Positions 41,516 through 52,312 of a DNA stretch of 64,000 bases are shown in pieces. The stretch is from Longimicrobiales bacterium (GTDB taxonomy: Bacteria; Gemmatimonadota; Gemmatimonadetes; Longimicrobiales; Gaopeijiaceae). The DNA lies in NCBI GenBank assembly GCA_965226375.1, contig CBDDCX010000005.1:160001-224000 (forward strand). Reading direction: 5' to 3'. The translations under genes were made by a program, and so were the position numbers. The notes below the pieces were generated by a model. That model saw nothing but the letters and a program-made list of their open reading frames with translations, had not been told where the DNA came from and did not search any database. Position 1 is the stretch's first letter, and every line of letters begins with the position of its first letter.

Positions 41516-42652
41516 TTGGATTCGCAAGATCTGTACGACCTGGCCGACATCATCATCAACCACGCGCCGGTGGGCCCGCGGGTCGGAGTACACCTGGGAA
41601 CCTCCCGCGAAGGGCGGCCGATCCAGGGCTTTCGTTTGGGCACCGGCGCTGTCCGAGCGAGTCTGATCGGCGGCTGTCACGCCGATGAGCCTGTCGGGCC
41701 TCGCTTCCTGTCCCGGTTGGTGGCGTACCTGCTGTCACTCCCAACCGGCCATGAACTGCTCACGGATCACGGGTGGTGGATCGTGCCTCACATCAACCCC
41801 GATGGCGCGGAGAGGAACAGAGGCTGGCACGAAGGTGACGGTCCGGTAACACCTTCAGACGTCTTTGATCCGGTTCGTTATCTGTCTTCAGTAGTCCGCG
41901 AGCTACCGGGCGATGACCTGGAGTTCGGCTTTCCCAGATCCCGGGATGACCCCGACGTCCGGCCGGAGAGTCGAGCCGTGCTGGAGTGGTGGAGGAGTGC
42001 CGGTGCGGCGTTCCACCTTCACGCCACTCTCCACGGCATCGCGTTGGCCGGAGGCCCGTGGTTCCTGCTGGAGCCGGAATGGTTAGACCGGGTGGAGCAC
42101 CTGAAACGGTGCTGTGCCGAGGAGGCCCGTCGCCTCGGCTACAGACTTCACGATGTGGAGAGGGAGGGGGAGAAGGGATTCCACCGCGTGGGGCCCGGGT
42201 TCTGTACCCGACCCAGCTCGACGGCGATGCGCGACCACTTCCTGGCACTCGGAGACGAGGACACGGCCGCCCGTTTTCGACCGAGTTCCATGGAGGCCAT
42301 CCGCTCCCTCGGCGGTGATCCCCTGACGCTGGTAAGCGAAATGCCCCTGTTCATTACCCCGGGAGTAGGCGAGACCCTGGGTCCGCCGGACCCCGTTGGT
42401 GAAGAATGGAAGGCGCGGCGCGCTCGCTGGCAGCTAGCATTGGGTCGTACGAAGCCGACGGAGGGTCCGCGCGAGGCAGCCATGGGTGAGAGAGAAGGGT
42501 CTTCAGTCGCCGCGGTCCGCGCTGAGGTCTCCGACGAGATTCGGGCCAGCGGGCTCACCCCCATGCCCATCCTCGATCAGATGAGACTTCAATGGAGGCT
42601 GGTCAGCGCCGGCCTCGAGCAGGTGCGCCTGGAAGCGGAGGCGCGGGGCTGA
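41516..42652 (+). CDS. M14-family zinc carboxypeptidase
   Basis: GTSREGRPI, HADE, INPDG, TLHG and SEMP motifs; GGAG RBS before TTG. Confidence 0.82.
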   Translation: MDSQDLYDLADIIINHAPVGPRVGVHLGTSREGRPIQGFRLGTGAVRASLIGGCHADEPVGPRFLSRLVAYLLSLPTGHELLTDHGWWIVPHINPDGAERNRGWHEGDGPVTPSDVFDPVRYLSSVVRELPGDDLEFGFPRSRDDPDVRPESRAVLEWWRSAGAAFHLHATLHGIALAGGPWFLLEPEWLDRVEHLKRCCAEEARRLGYRLHDVEREGEKGFHRVGPGFCTRPSSTAMRDHFLALGDEDTAARFRPSSMEAIRSLGGDPLTLVSEMPLFITPGVGETLGPPDPVGEEWKARRARWQLALGRTKPTEGPREAAMGEREGSSVAAVRAEVSDEIRASGLTPMPILDQMRLQWRLVSAGLEQVRLEAEARG

Positions 42653-42979
42653 TCCCTCCGGAAGCAGCGTCGACCCCGCTGCTTCACGGAGCTCACTTCA
42701 GTCTGTCGCGAACCTCCGGGCGATCTCGTCGAGACGTTCTTGGATGTAGCCGTCAGAGAACCAGCGGCCCCGCACCATCACCCCTGCCCGGTCGGCTACG
42801 TTGCCGACATCGTCCAGTGGATTGGAGTTCAGGAGGATCAAGTCGGCCCTCCGGCCCACCGCCACAGTGCCGAACGTGTCGCTCCTCCTGAAGTACTCAC
42901 CCACGGCTCGTGTGCCCGCGACGAGGATCTCGTACGGTGACATGCCGGCTTCGGCCATGGCCTGCATTTCCCTATGCAA

Positions 42980-43566
42980 GCTCGTTCAGCCGCAGCACGC
43001 GAATCCGGCCGCTGTGGCTCCGGTCCCCACGCGGGTGCTTTCCGCGCCGTACGGGGGCCAGCAGCCCATTCTCCCGCATCAGCCGCAGCACGCGGTTCTT
43101 GCCCACACCGATCCCCTTGGCTCTCAGACGGGCCCGGACCTTCCGGTGGCCTTCGCCCAGGAAGTCGCTCTCCTTCAGCACCTGTCGGATCTCCTCCACC
43201 AACTCCTCGTCGCTCAGCTTCGTCTTCGGTCCGCGCTTCTTCAGCCCTGCCGGCCCGTCGCTCTCTTCTCGATCTCGGCGTAGACCGTCGAGCGCCCCAC
43301 CCGCCAACCTCGCAGATCATCGTCAGAGGGTAGAGCCGCCCTGTCCCCGGACTCACCCGCGTCCGCGCTTCAAGAGCTTCTCCAGCTCGTCCCCGTACCC
43401 CCTTTTTTCCAGGAGTTCTCTCGCAAGCTCCAGTCGCATCGTCAACTCTCCCAGCTTCGCCCGGGTCCGGGTCAGCTCCCGTTCTCCAGGGTCTCGGCCC
43501 CGGCGTCTCAGTCCCTGCTGACCGGTCTCCAGGAACACCCGCCGCCATTCCTCCAGCTCCGGCGGT
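42980..43566 (-). mobile_element. IS3-family transposase fragment (orfA end plus orfB start, frameshifted, no ends)
   Basis: ELEEWRRVFLE...KLGELTMRLEL and LSDEELVEEIR...GEGHRKVRARLR...GKNRVLRLMRENGL. Confidence 0.8.
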
Positions 43567-43854
43567 CGAGCCTGTTGGCTGCCCAACCGCTCGGGTCCGC
43601 GGCTGCCGGATTCGCCTGCGCTCGCTGTGCTCCTCCGTCGTGTCTGCCGATCCAGCCTTCCACACCTTGCAACGAGAAGCCCGGCACCGAGAAAATCTGT
43701 GGTGAGTCCGTCCCCATCAGGATGCCCACACCGCCTTCGGACAACGCTTTGAGCACCTCGAGCCTGTTGGCTGCCCAAAGGTCCGCGGCTGCCGGATTCG
43801 CCTGCGCTCGCTGTGCTCCTCCGTCGTGTCTGCCGATCCAGCCTTCCACACCTT
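43567..43854. repeat. ~100-bp duplication of amidohydrolase sequence (43567-43668 and 43758-43854)
   Basis: TCGAGCCTGTTGGCTGCCCAA...CCTTCCACACCTT is repeated, with one A replaced by CCGCTCG. Confidence 0.9.
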
Positions 43855-43886
43855 CGACGACCCGCGGGATGTTCCGCTTGGGCCAA

Positions 43887-44953
43887 AGGGGGTATTCCCT
43901 TAAGTCCACCGACCCCAAGATATAGTGGTTACCGGGGCTCTGCGGGCCGTTTCCCACGTCCGGTGCCGAGGTAAAGGGCCGAAGCTGGCGTGGGAGCACA
44001 CTGAACAGCCTGCTCAAGCAAGCGGTAGAACAACAGGCCGCGAGCCCGGGATGTGCGTCGGTTGAAGCGAAAGGTGAACTCGTCCAGATAGTAGGGGAGG
44101 TGTTCGCGGGCGATCCCTCCTTGGAGGGTTCCGAGGACCCAGCGCTTGAGGAGAGACGCCACCCGATGTACGGCCGACATGAGCACGTGAGCGGGATCGC
44201 CGGAGGTCGAGAGGTTCGTGACCGTGTGGCGAAAGCCCAGTTTGGCGAGTCCCTGATAGCTTGGCCATCCGTCGGTATGCACCGTGCTTGCCGGTGCGAT
44301 GCTATCCTTGACGAAGCCTCGCAGAACCGGAGCGGAGAGGTCGGGCACCCAACGCAGCCGTATTCTCCCGATCTTGCGTCCGTCGACCTCGGCGGCGATC
44401 GCGACGATGGCCTTCTTGATCGTCTCGCGGCCCCGCACTCCAGCCTCCACGCCCCCGACATAGCTCTCGTCCACTTGCACAACGCCGCTCAGCTGGTCGC
44501 GATCCGGTCGGACCATGGCCCGGCGGAGCTTGTGGAGCCAGACCCACGCTGTCTTGTAGCTTCCCAGTCCGAGCACGCGCTGGAGCCCGAGAGCATTGGC
44601 TCCGTATTTCTGGCTCGTGAGCTCCCAGGCAGCGAGAAACCACAGACGCAGGGGCGAGCGCGTGCGGTGGAACACGGTTCCCGCCAGCACCGAGGTCTGC
44701 CTTCGACAGTGTGGGCAGACGAGACGCCCCCGCGATGCTCGCCAGACCTCTCCCAACCCGCCACAGCCCACGCACACAAACCCTTCCGGCCAGCGCAGAC
44801 CCTCCACGTACTCCAGGCATGCCGCATCGTCGGGGAAGAACTCGTCCAGCTCCAGCCGCGTACGGGGATAGTCCACGCCGCCACGGAGCTGAGAAGCCGG
44901 AACCGCCATGACCACAACATGTAGTGGGCGGTGGACTTAAGGCAATACCCCAT
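43887..44953 (-). mobile_element. Complete IS1595-family insertion sequence
   Basis: 25-bp terminal IRs (AGGGGGTATTCCCTTAAGTCCACCG / ATGGGGTATTGCCTTAAGTCCACCG) and an 8-bp target duplication TGGGCCAA (43879-43886, 44954-44961). Confidence 0.92.
43929..44915 (-). CDS. IS1595-family transposase
   Basis: RWPEGFVCVGC..CPHC Zn ribbon; VDESYVGG, HTDG and YLDEFTFRFNRR motifs. Confidence 0.93.
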   Translation of the reverse strand: MVMAVPASQLRGGVDYPRTRLELDEFFPDDAACLEYVEGLRWPEGFVCVGCGGLGEVWRASRGRLVCPHCRRQTSVLAGTVFHRTRSPLRLWFLAAWELTSQKYGANALGLQRVLGLGSYKTAWVWLHKLRRAMVRPDRDQLSGVVQVDESYVGGVEAGVRGRETIKKAIVAIAAEVDGRKIGRIRLRWVPDLSAPVLRGFVKDSIAPASTVHTDGWPSYQGLAKLGFRHTVTNLSTSGDPAHVLMSAVHRVASLLKRWVLGTLQGGIAREHLPYYLDEFTFRFNRRTSRARGLLFYRLLEQAVQCAPTPASALYLGTGRGKRPAEPR

Positions 44954-45959
44954 TGGGCCAATACTTCATCTCCGGGTAGGCCGCCATGACTCCGGCGTCG
45001 CCACGGCCGATGACGCCCACGTCCCAGAGTACCATGGTGGGCACGACCCAAGCGTCCGCGGCCCTGACCATGGCGACCAGTTCACGGAGCCGGCCCTGGT
45101 CGATCGGCTCCTCGAAGGCGTTGAGATGCTCGATGAAGCCGTCCAGGTGGTCGAACGTCTCCTGCCCCATCGCAATGGCATGCTCGAGCCCCACCTCGGC
45201 GGGAACGTGACCCCCGAAACGGATGCCCACCTCATGGGCGGTCATGGCCATGGCGTCGTACTCGGCCACGGTGAGTCCGGGGTGAATCTTCAGGAGATCC
45301 CGGCCCTGGTCCTTTTGCGTGCGGACTTTCTGGGCGGCCTGCTCAGGCGAAGAAACCGAGTTCCCGTTGAAGCTGGGCCCGGCCATGTAGAGGGTCGGGG
45401 CGACGATCTCACCGGCGTTCGCTTTGCGGCGCAGCTCCATGTGACCGTCGAGCCCGAGCATGCCCCGAACCGTTGTGACTCCGTTGGCCACGTAGAGAAA
45501 CATCACCATCTCCTCCACGTCTCCACCGGGCATATGGCCGTGCATCTCGGCCAGGCCGGGCATGAGGTACTTCCCTGCGCCATCCACCGTCGTGACCCCC
45601 ACGGGGACTTGCACCTCAGCGGTCGACCCGACGCGGCGTATCCGGCCCTGCTCAACGAGGACGGTCTGATTCCTCAGGACTCGGTCAGAATCCATCGGAA
45701 CGACGTTCACGTTCGTAAAGGCGACCGGCTCGGGAGCGTTCTGCTCCGTCGCGAGGAATGCCGCGAGGTCAGGTGCTACGGGGGCGCGCGAGCTGGCCAA
45801 CATCGAACCACTCACGAGAACGGCGCCTAATGCGACAGCGGTCCCAGTCTTCATACAGGAAGCTCCTTACCCATCATCCACAATCCGACGTCCACGAGCG
45901 ATTGAAACCTCGAAGAGGTGGGGGCGCACGGCAAGTCCTGCAGGGAGCCCAAGGCCCGA

Positions 45960-46646
45960 TCAGAACGGAACGGACACGGCCTCGCAGAGGAACTTCATGA
46001 GGGGCGTGGCCGCAGCGAACACCTTGGCGAGCTCCTTCGGCAGCTCCGGGCCTGTGATCGTCTTCTGCGCAATGTTCGCGACCCCGATGAAGTCCTTCCG
46101 CTTCAGATCCTCGACTAGAGCGTGATCGGGATCGAACCCTCTCGGGGGACGCTTCAGCCTGTCGCCCTCGAGTTGGTAGCTGTCGTTGAAGCGCTTTCCA
46201 CTCACGGCCCGCTTCCACGACTTGGGGTCGTCGACCATGGCCTCCCGAATGCCCTTCAGGCTGGGGGAGTCGGGGCGCCACATTCCGGCGCCGGCAAAGC
46301 AGCCCCCCACCTCCAGGTGGAGGTAGAAGCCGGGGGCGTGGGCATTCTTCCCGAGCTCGTGTCGAAACTGGATGCCGACGTGCGTCTTATACGGCGTCTT
46401 GTCGGGTGAGAAGCGGGTGTCCCTGTAGATACGGAACATGGAGCCGCCAACGGTACGGGGATCTGAGCGAAAGTGTTCGCTGATCTTCTTGAGGTGAGCG
46501 CCGAAGTCGGAGATGAACCGGATCGCGGGATCCTTCAGATCATCCTCGTACCGGTGCTTGTTGGCCTGAAACCACTCCCGGTTGTTGTTCGCTTTCAGGT
46601 CCTTCAGAAAGGTGAACGTCGCCTGGGTAAAGTACCTCGTCGTCAT
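45960..46646 (-). CDS. DUF2461 (TIGR02453) family protein
   Basis: NNNREWF...FRIYRDTRFSPDKTPYK. Confidence 0.9.
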   Translation of the reverse strand: MTTRYFTQATFTFLKDLKANNNREWFQANKHRYEDDLKDPAIRFISDFGAHLKKISEHFRSDPRTVGGSMFRIYRDTRFSPDKTPYKTHVGIQFRHELGKNAHAPGFYLHLEVGGCFAGAGMWRPDSPSLKGIREAMVDDPKSWKRAVSGKRFNDSYQLEGDRLKRPPRGFDPDHALVEDLKRKDFIGVANIAQKTITGPELPKELAKVFAAATPLMKFLCEAVSVPF

Positions 46647-46836
46647 GCCCCCTCCGTGCCGGGTCTCGTGCTCGCCCCCCGGGGTGCTTGTGATCCTCCG
46701 GTGCCGTCCTGTGGCCTGCAGGGATTACGCTCAAAGGTGAGCGCGGATGCTTTCGCTGCAAGTTGGCTCTGTTCGTTCGTCGTCCGCGAAGCAGCGAAGG
46801 TTGCTCGCCATCACCGATGGCTCCTAGTCTGGTGCC

Positions 46837-48102
46837 ATGACACTCGAGCTCACAGCGTCGGATCGGGCCCTCCTGGAGGGCGAAGAGGGTGAAGGGGCCC
46901 GCATGGCCATGTCCATTCTGGTGCGCGTGGCCGAGGTCCAGGAGGCCGAGCGGCTCATTCCGGTGACCGCCGCGCACATCGACAGTTCGCTCTACATGGG
47001 GGACGCGACCCTCGAATACGCCGAACGTCTGGCCGGCTTGGGCGCCAAGGTCGTGGTGCCGGCGACGCTCAACGTGGCCGGGGTCGACCCCCACGGATGG
47101 GAGAGCTGGTCGGTGCCCCCCGAGTGGGCGGACAAGGCCCGCCGACAGATGGTCGCGTATCAGAGCATGGGGTGCATTCCGTCTTGGACGTGCGCCCCTT
47201 ATCAGACCGAGGCTCGACCGGCCTTCGGTGACCAGATCGCCTGGGGAGAGTCCAGCGCCATCGTGTTCGCCAACTCCGTTCTCGGGGCTCGTACCGAGCG
47301 TTATCCGGACCTCCTGGACATCTGTGCGGCGATCACCGGCCGTGTCCCCGAGGTGGGGCTTCATCTGACGGAGAACCGCGCAGGGCAGGTACTCTTCCGT
47401 TTTCACGACCTCCAGACCAACCTGCTGGCCGCCGATGAGCTCTACCCGGTTCTCGGACACCTGGTGGGTAAAGTGGCAGGCGATCGCGTCGCCGTGCTGG
47501 ATGGGTTGGACGTGACCCCTTCGGAGGACCAGCTCAAGGCCCTCGGTGCCGCCAGTGCGTCGTCGGGGGCGGTGGCCCTCTTCCATTGGGTGGGCGTTAC
47601 GCCCGAGGCGTCCACGCTCGATGAAGCTCTTCAGGAGAGGGATGCCGAAGAGACGCTGGACGTCGGGATGGGAGAGCTGCGCGCCGCCCGCGATCAGCTT
47701 TCCACCTCCGAGGGAGAACGCCTCGACATGGTCGTCCTGGGGTCTCCCCACTTCTCCTTGGAGGAGTTCAAGACGCTTGCTCCGCTGCTGAAGGGACATG
47801 TAAGGCACCCTGACGTGCGCTTCCTGGTGACGACGGGACGAGGAGTGAAGTTGATCGCGCAGGAAGCCGGACTCCTGGACGTTCTACGCGAATTCGGTGG
47901 GGATGTGACGGTCGATACGTGCATCCTGACCACCCCGATGCTGCCTTCGGAAATCGAGATCCTCATGACCAACTCGGCGAAGTATGCCTACTACACACCG
48001 GGGCTGCTGGGCCGGGCGATGGCTTTCGGCTCCACGCCGGACTGCGTGGAGTCTGCCGTCCAGGGCAAGGTCATTCGCGACCACAGCCTCTGGGGCGCCT
48101 GA
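46837..48102 (+). CDS. Aconitase X catalytic (large) subunit, DUF521
   Basis: TCAPY, AWGESSAIVFANSVLGART, GSPH, DTC and TNSAKYAYY motifs. Confidence 0.9.
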   Translation: MTLELTASDRALLEGEEGEGARMAMSILVRVAEVQEAERLIPVTAAHIDSSLYMGDATLEYAERLAGLGAKVVVPATLNVAGVDPHGWESWSVPPEWADKARRQMVAYQSMGCIPSWTCAPYQTEARPAFGDQIAWGESSAIVFANSVLGARTERYPDLLDICAAITGRVPEVGLHLTENRAGQVLFRFHDLQTNLLAADELYPVLGHLVGKVAGDRVAVLDGLDVTPSEDQLKALGAASASSGAVALFHWVGVTPEASTLDEALQERDAEETLDVGMGELRAARDQLSTSEGERLDMVVLGSPHFSLEEFKTLAPLLKGHVRHPDVRFLVTTGRGVKLIAQEAGLLDVLREFGGDVTVDTCILTTPMLPSEIEILMTNSAKYAYYTPGLLGRAMAFGSTPDCVESAVQGKVIRDHSLWGA

Positions 48103-48140
48103 CGGCAGTACGATCCTCCGGGCGGCGTTTCAGCCACCCC

Positions 48141-48177
48141 TTGACTGATGATGTATCTGTTTTAAAATGATACATCA
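48141..48177 (+). promoter_or_regulatory. padR promoter with an overlapping palindromic operator
   Basis: TTGACT-N16-TAAAAT overlapped by TGATGTATC-N11-GATACATCA. Confidence 0.65.
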
Positions 48178-48223
48178 GATATCGATGGGTACGAGAAGCT
48201 GACAACGTCTCCTGTGAGGAATC

Positions 48224-48550
48224 ATGGAAACGGGCGCATTGCTCCCCGGAACGCTGGACCTGCTCATTCTCCGGTCCCTGGAGAAGGGGTCGAGGCACGG
48301 TTACGCCGTGGCTTCGTGGATCAAAAAGACTAGCCAGGGACTCCTCGAGGTCGGCGAGGGGGCGCTCTATCCCGCGCTTCATCGCATGCGCCTGAAGGGT
48401 TGGGTTGAGACCGAGTGGGGCCTTACCGAGACCAAGCGTCGAGCCAAGTTCTACCACCTCACCAAGGCTGGGCGCGAGCAACTCAGCTCGGAGGTCTCTC
48501 GCTGGAGCCAGTATTCCGAAGGTGTCTCCATGATCCTCGATGGTCGCTGA
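48224..48550 (+). CDS. PadR-family regulator (Acidobacterial type)
   Basis: LLPGTLDLLIL...HGY...GALYPALHR...RRAKFY. Confidence 0.93.
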   Translation: METGALLPGTLDLLILRSLEKGSRHGYAVASWIKKTSQGLLEVGEGALYPALHRMRLKGWVETEWGLTETKRRAKFYHLTKAGREQLSSEVSRWSQYSEGVSMILDGR

Positions 48551-48594
48551 AGTGAAGATCTCGGGAACCGGGTCCGTGTCGGAGGGCTGACGCA

Positions 48595-51154
48595 GTGCTT
48601 TCGAGTTTGAAGGGGCTGTTCGGTGGCGCGCGTCGTCGCCGTGCCGTCGAGCGCGAGGTCAGAGAGGAGATCCTCTTTCACTTGGAAATGCTGGCGGATG
48701 ACTACAAGAGCCAGGGGTTGGAGGCGGAGCAGGCTTGGCGGGCGGCGGTCAGGGACTTTGGCGAACGTGATTCCGTGGAAGTCGAGTGTCGTCGCTTGAC
48801 GACGAAACATGAACGGAAAGAATTCAGGGAGGTCGTGATGGGTGGATGGGCGCAGGATCTCAGGCAGGTGCTCAGGTCCCTCCGGAAGGCGCCGGGCTTC
48901 ACGGCTGTGACCGTGCTGACTCTGGCCCTCGGTATCGGTGCCAACACGGCCATCTTCAGCGTGGTGAACGGTGTGTTTCTTCGACCGTTGCCCTACGGTG
49001 CTCCCGAGGAGCTCGTACTCGTGACCCATGCCTTTCCCGACGCGGGCATTCAGGGTGTGGCCCTCTCGGGCCCGGACTTTGTCGCCTATCGGGAGGCAGC
49101 CGATCTCTTCCAAGGGGTGGTCGCGACCTTTGCCGTGGACACCAACATCACCGGTGACGGAGACGCCGAGGGTGCTGTCATCTCCTGGGTGACGCCGAAC
49201 TTCTTCGACCTCCTGGGTGTGCAGCCCACGCTGGGACGCGGCTTCACCGAGGACGACGTGGTGTCCATTGACCCGAGCATCTTCAGTGATCCCAACGCCA
49301 CCCCACCTTCATTGGCGGGGGTCCTGTCGAACGGCGTCTGGCAGCGCCGGTATGGTGGCGACCCCTCCGTGGTGGGACGCACGCTGCGCATCAACGGGCA
49401 GACCGTCACGGTCATCGGTGTGGCCCCGCCGTGGTTCAAGATGCATCTGCCCGCGGACGTGGCTATGCCGACGGACATCGACGTCTGGACGCTGTGGCCC
49501 TTCGAACTCGCGGACATGCAGCCGGGTCCGGCAGGCTTCGTAACGGTCATCGGCCGGCTCGCGGAGGGGGTGACCGTCGAACAGTCCCAGGCGCAGATGT
49601 CTTCCATCCTCTCCAGCATCACGGAGGGGTCCCAGCCCCACGCTCAACGCAACACGAGGGTGGACGTGACCCCGCTACAGAGACAAGCCGTGGCTCACGT
49701 GCGCCCGGTGTTGATCGTGCTCTTCGGGACGGTGGGATTCGTCTTGCTCATTGCCTGCGCCAATGTCGCGAACCTGCTTATGGTTCGTGCGTCGTCGCGG
49801 GAGAAGGAGATGGCGGTCCGTGCCGCCCTCGGTAGCGGGCGGGTTCGCGGCTCTCCTCTTCGGCATGGCCCCGTTCCTTCAATCGTCACGCGTCAATCCG
49901 GCCGGGATCCTTCAAGAGCGGATCTCCACGGGGAGCCGGAAGAGGAATCGTGCTCGGGCCACGCTCACGGTGCTTCAAGTCGCCGTTTCCGTAGTGCTCC
50001 TGGTGGGGGCGGGGCTGCTGCTCCGGAGCTTTACAGGATTGGCGTCTGTCGATCCGGGCTTCGACGACGAAGCCGTTCTTTCCTTCCGCTTTGCCCTTCC
50101 GGTTTTCGAGTTCCGGAACAGCGAGGTGATGCGTGACTTCTACCTCGAGTTGTCTCAGAAACTGGAGCAGATGCCCGGGGTGCAGTCGGCCGGGGCCGTC
50201 ATGCCTTTGCCCCTCACCGATCAGGCGGAGGGCCAGATCGGCGGCTTCACCCGCAGCCGTGACGATGCGGACGACTACGAGCGCCATGAGGCGGACTACC
50301 GGACCGTGATACCAGGGTATTTTGAGACCTTGAGCATACCGCTCCTGGCAGGGCGAGTGTTCGACGACCTGGATGAAGAGAACGCCGATGAGACTCCGGT
50401 CATTGTGATCGACCGGATCATGGCGGAGCAGGCGTTCGCGGGGGAGGATCCGGTAGGACAGGAACTCACCATCTGGGCGCCGACCGGGGGATTCCAGACG
50501 GCCGACGGGATCCGACCGGCCCGTATCATCGGTGTGGTCGAAGCCGTGCGTTCGACAGACCTGGCCAGCCTCGGCCGTCCCGCCATCTACTGTCCGCTCC
50601 ATTACAGCCCGGCGTATCGGCTCGACTACGTGGTCAAGAGCTCTGCTCCGTCGGCTGTTTTGACGACGCAGATTCGACAGGCTGTTCGAGAGGCCGGGCC
50701 AACCGTCCCCATCCTGGACATGCGTCCCCTGTCGGACTACAGTCGCGATGCCCTGGCACCGACCCGGTTCGCCATGACCCTCCTGAGCGTGTTCGCGGTG
50801 GTGGCACTCCTCCTGGCTTGCATCGGCTTGTATGGGGTTCTGTCGTATGGCGTGCGTGAGCGGGTCCACGAGGTGGGCGTTCGCATGGCGTTGGGGGCCG
50901 GGGCGGACATCGTACTGCGGATGGTCATCGGTCAGGGACTCCGGCTTGTGCTCATCGGTGTTGCACTCGGACTCGTGGGAGCCTTTTTCCTCAGCAACGT
51001 CATGACCGGCCTGATCTTCGGGGTCTCGGCCACGGACCCCGCCACATACCTCGGGATCACGGCCGTTCTGGTAGCGGTGGCCGTCGTGGCGTGTTATGTC
51101 CCGGCAGCGCGGGCTGCGAGAGTCCAGCCGGCGGTGGCGCTCAGATCGGAATGA
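48595..51154 (+). pseudogene. ADOP-type duplicated ABC permease with an internal deletion and frameshift near 49840
   Basis: ...EMAVRAALGSGR jumps out of frame to FAALLFGMAPF; the RQLLTES segment present in the 22927 paralog is missing. Confidence 0.85.
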
Positions 51155-51252
51155 TCCTCGAGTGAGTCGGGGAGGAGAGGCGAGGGGCGGGCCCCGGGGC
51201 CGCATGAGGGAGCCGGCGGGCCCGTGACCATAGGACGGAGCAGAGACGGACG

Positions 51253-51681
51253 ATGATATCGGGTGATGAAATAGTGCTGACGGGCCGCGCCCTGTTACCG
51301 GGCGACGCCAGTGGGAGCCTTCTGGTATCCGATGAGCCTCTAAGTTTCTGGGGCGGTTACGACGCTGACACCGGAGAGATTATCGATCGCCGCCATCCCC
51401 TCTCGGGGGAGAACGCATCAGGCCGGATTCTCGCCATTCCGGGAACTCGAGGTTCGAGTACCACGACGGCCGTCCTGCTGGAGGCCATCCGGCGGGGAAC
51501 CGCGCCCGCTGCTCTCCTGACGGCGGGGACCGATTCGTTTCTGGCCCTGACGGCTATCGTGGCCGACGAGATGTATGGTCGGGCCCCCCCAATCATCGCC
51601 CTCACGGATGCGGACTTCAACAGACTGATCGACGGCCGGCCCGCTCGCGTGAGATCCGATGGAACGGTAGTCATGGAGTAG
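51253..51681 (+). CDS. Aconitase X swivel (small) subunit, DUF126
   Basis: LSFWGGYD..TGEIIDRRHPL...RGSST. Confidence 0.9.
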   Translation: MISGDEIVLTGRALLPGDASGSLLVSDEPLSFWGGYDADTGEIIDRRHPLSGENASGRILAIPGTRGSSTTTAVLLEAIRRGTAPAALLTAGTDSFLALTAIVADEMYGRAPPIIALTDADFNRLIDGRPARVRSDGTVVME

Positions 51682-52303
51682 GACCCGCGCTGGTCCGTTC
51701 CAGCGTATGGATGAGGTCCCCAAAGGGCGAGTTGTCACCGTTAGCCGAATTGCCCGCGACGTGGAGGGCCACGGCGTCTCCGGATCGAGGCGACGTCCAC
51801 TCGACCACCCACTCTCCACGTTCTGCAGCGACCGGCTCGGCGCCTATCGCGGTGTGGACCGCGTATTGCACCGCGGTCAGTGTGTCCGAACCGACCACCA
51901 CCCGACTGTCGATGGCGCTCAGATACCCCGCCTGCAAGCCTCTCTGTGGACCTTCAGCAAACCGAATCGAAGCCTGGAAGCCGTTGCTCCCTTGCCCTGA
52001 TCCGGTGACGGAAACCGTGATGCGGTATACGGTTACCGACGTGTATTGCTCGGGAAGCCCATCGATCGCGAGGGTGGCGTCCGGGTCGTTGAGGGCGGCG
52101 TCGGTGTGGCAGGCCCGGCAAGTGGGCTCGCCGAATCCGCCCGTGTGGCCGAGCGGAGGGTTGCTCGCATAAGGGGACGAAGACAGAGTGGGTTCAGGAG
52201 CAGGCCACACCGAGAAGGCAGCCCCCATCAGGGCCGGTAACGCCAAGAGGGCGGCCCCCTTAAGGACCGCCCTCGACCGGAAGCGCGGCAGCTGCTTTGC
52301 CAT
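51671..52303 (-). CDS. Exported Reeler-like (choice-of-anchor V) protein with CxxCH
   Basis: Signal peptide; GHTGGFGEPTCRACH; W..P...AGNSANGD..GD. Confidence 0.7.
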   Translation of the reverse strand: MAKQLPRFRSRAVLKGAALLALPALMGAAFSVWPAPEPTLSSSPYASNPPLGHTGGFGEPTCRACHTDAALNDPDATLAIDGLPEQYTSVTVYRITVSVTGSGQGSNGFQASIRFAEGPQRGLQAGYLSAIDSRVVVGSDTLTAVQYAVHTAIGAEPVAAERGEWVVEWTSPRSGDAVALHVAGNSANGDNSPFGDLIHTLERTSAGPTP

Positions 52304-52312
52304 GCGGACTGA

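Larger units (their letters stand above)
42698..45854 (-). pseudogene. Exported amidohydrolase interrupted by IS1595 and a second insertion
   Basis: Fragments ...PGLAEMHGH...MKYWP | KRNIP...MGTDSPQIFSVPGFSL | HREMQAM...GRRADLILL rejoin in frame when the inserts are removed. Confidence 0.88.

Noticed and set aside
43567..43854. Possible DGR template/variable repeat pair
   Set aside because: No adenine-specific substitution pattern and no reverse transcriptase in the window.
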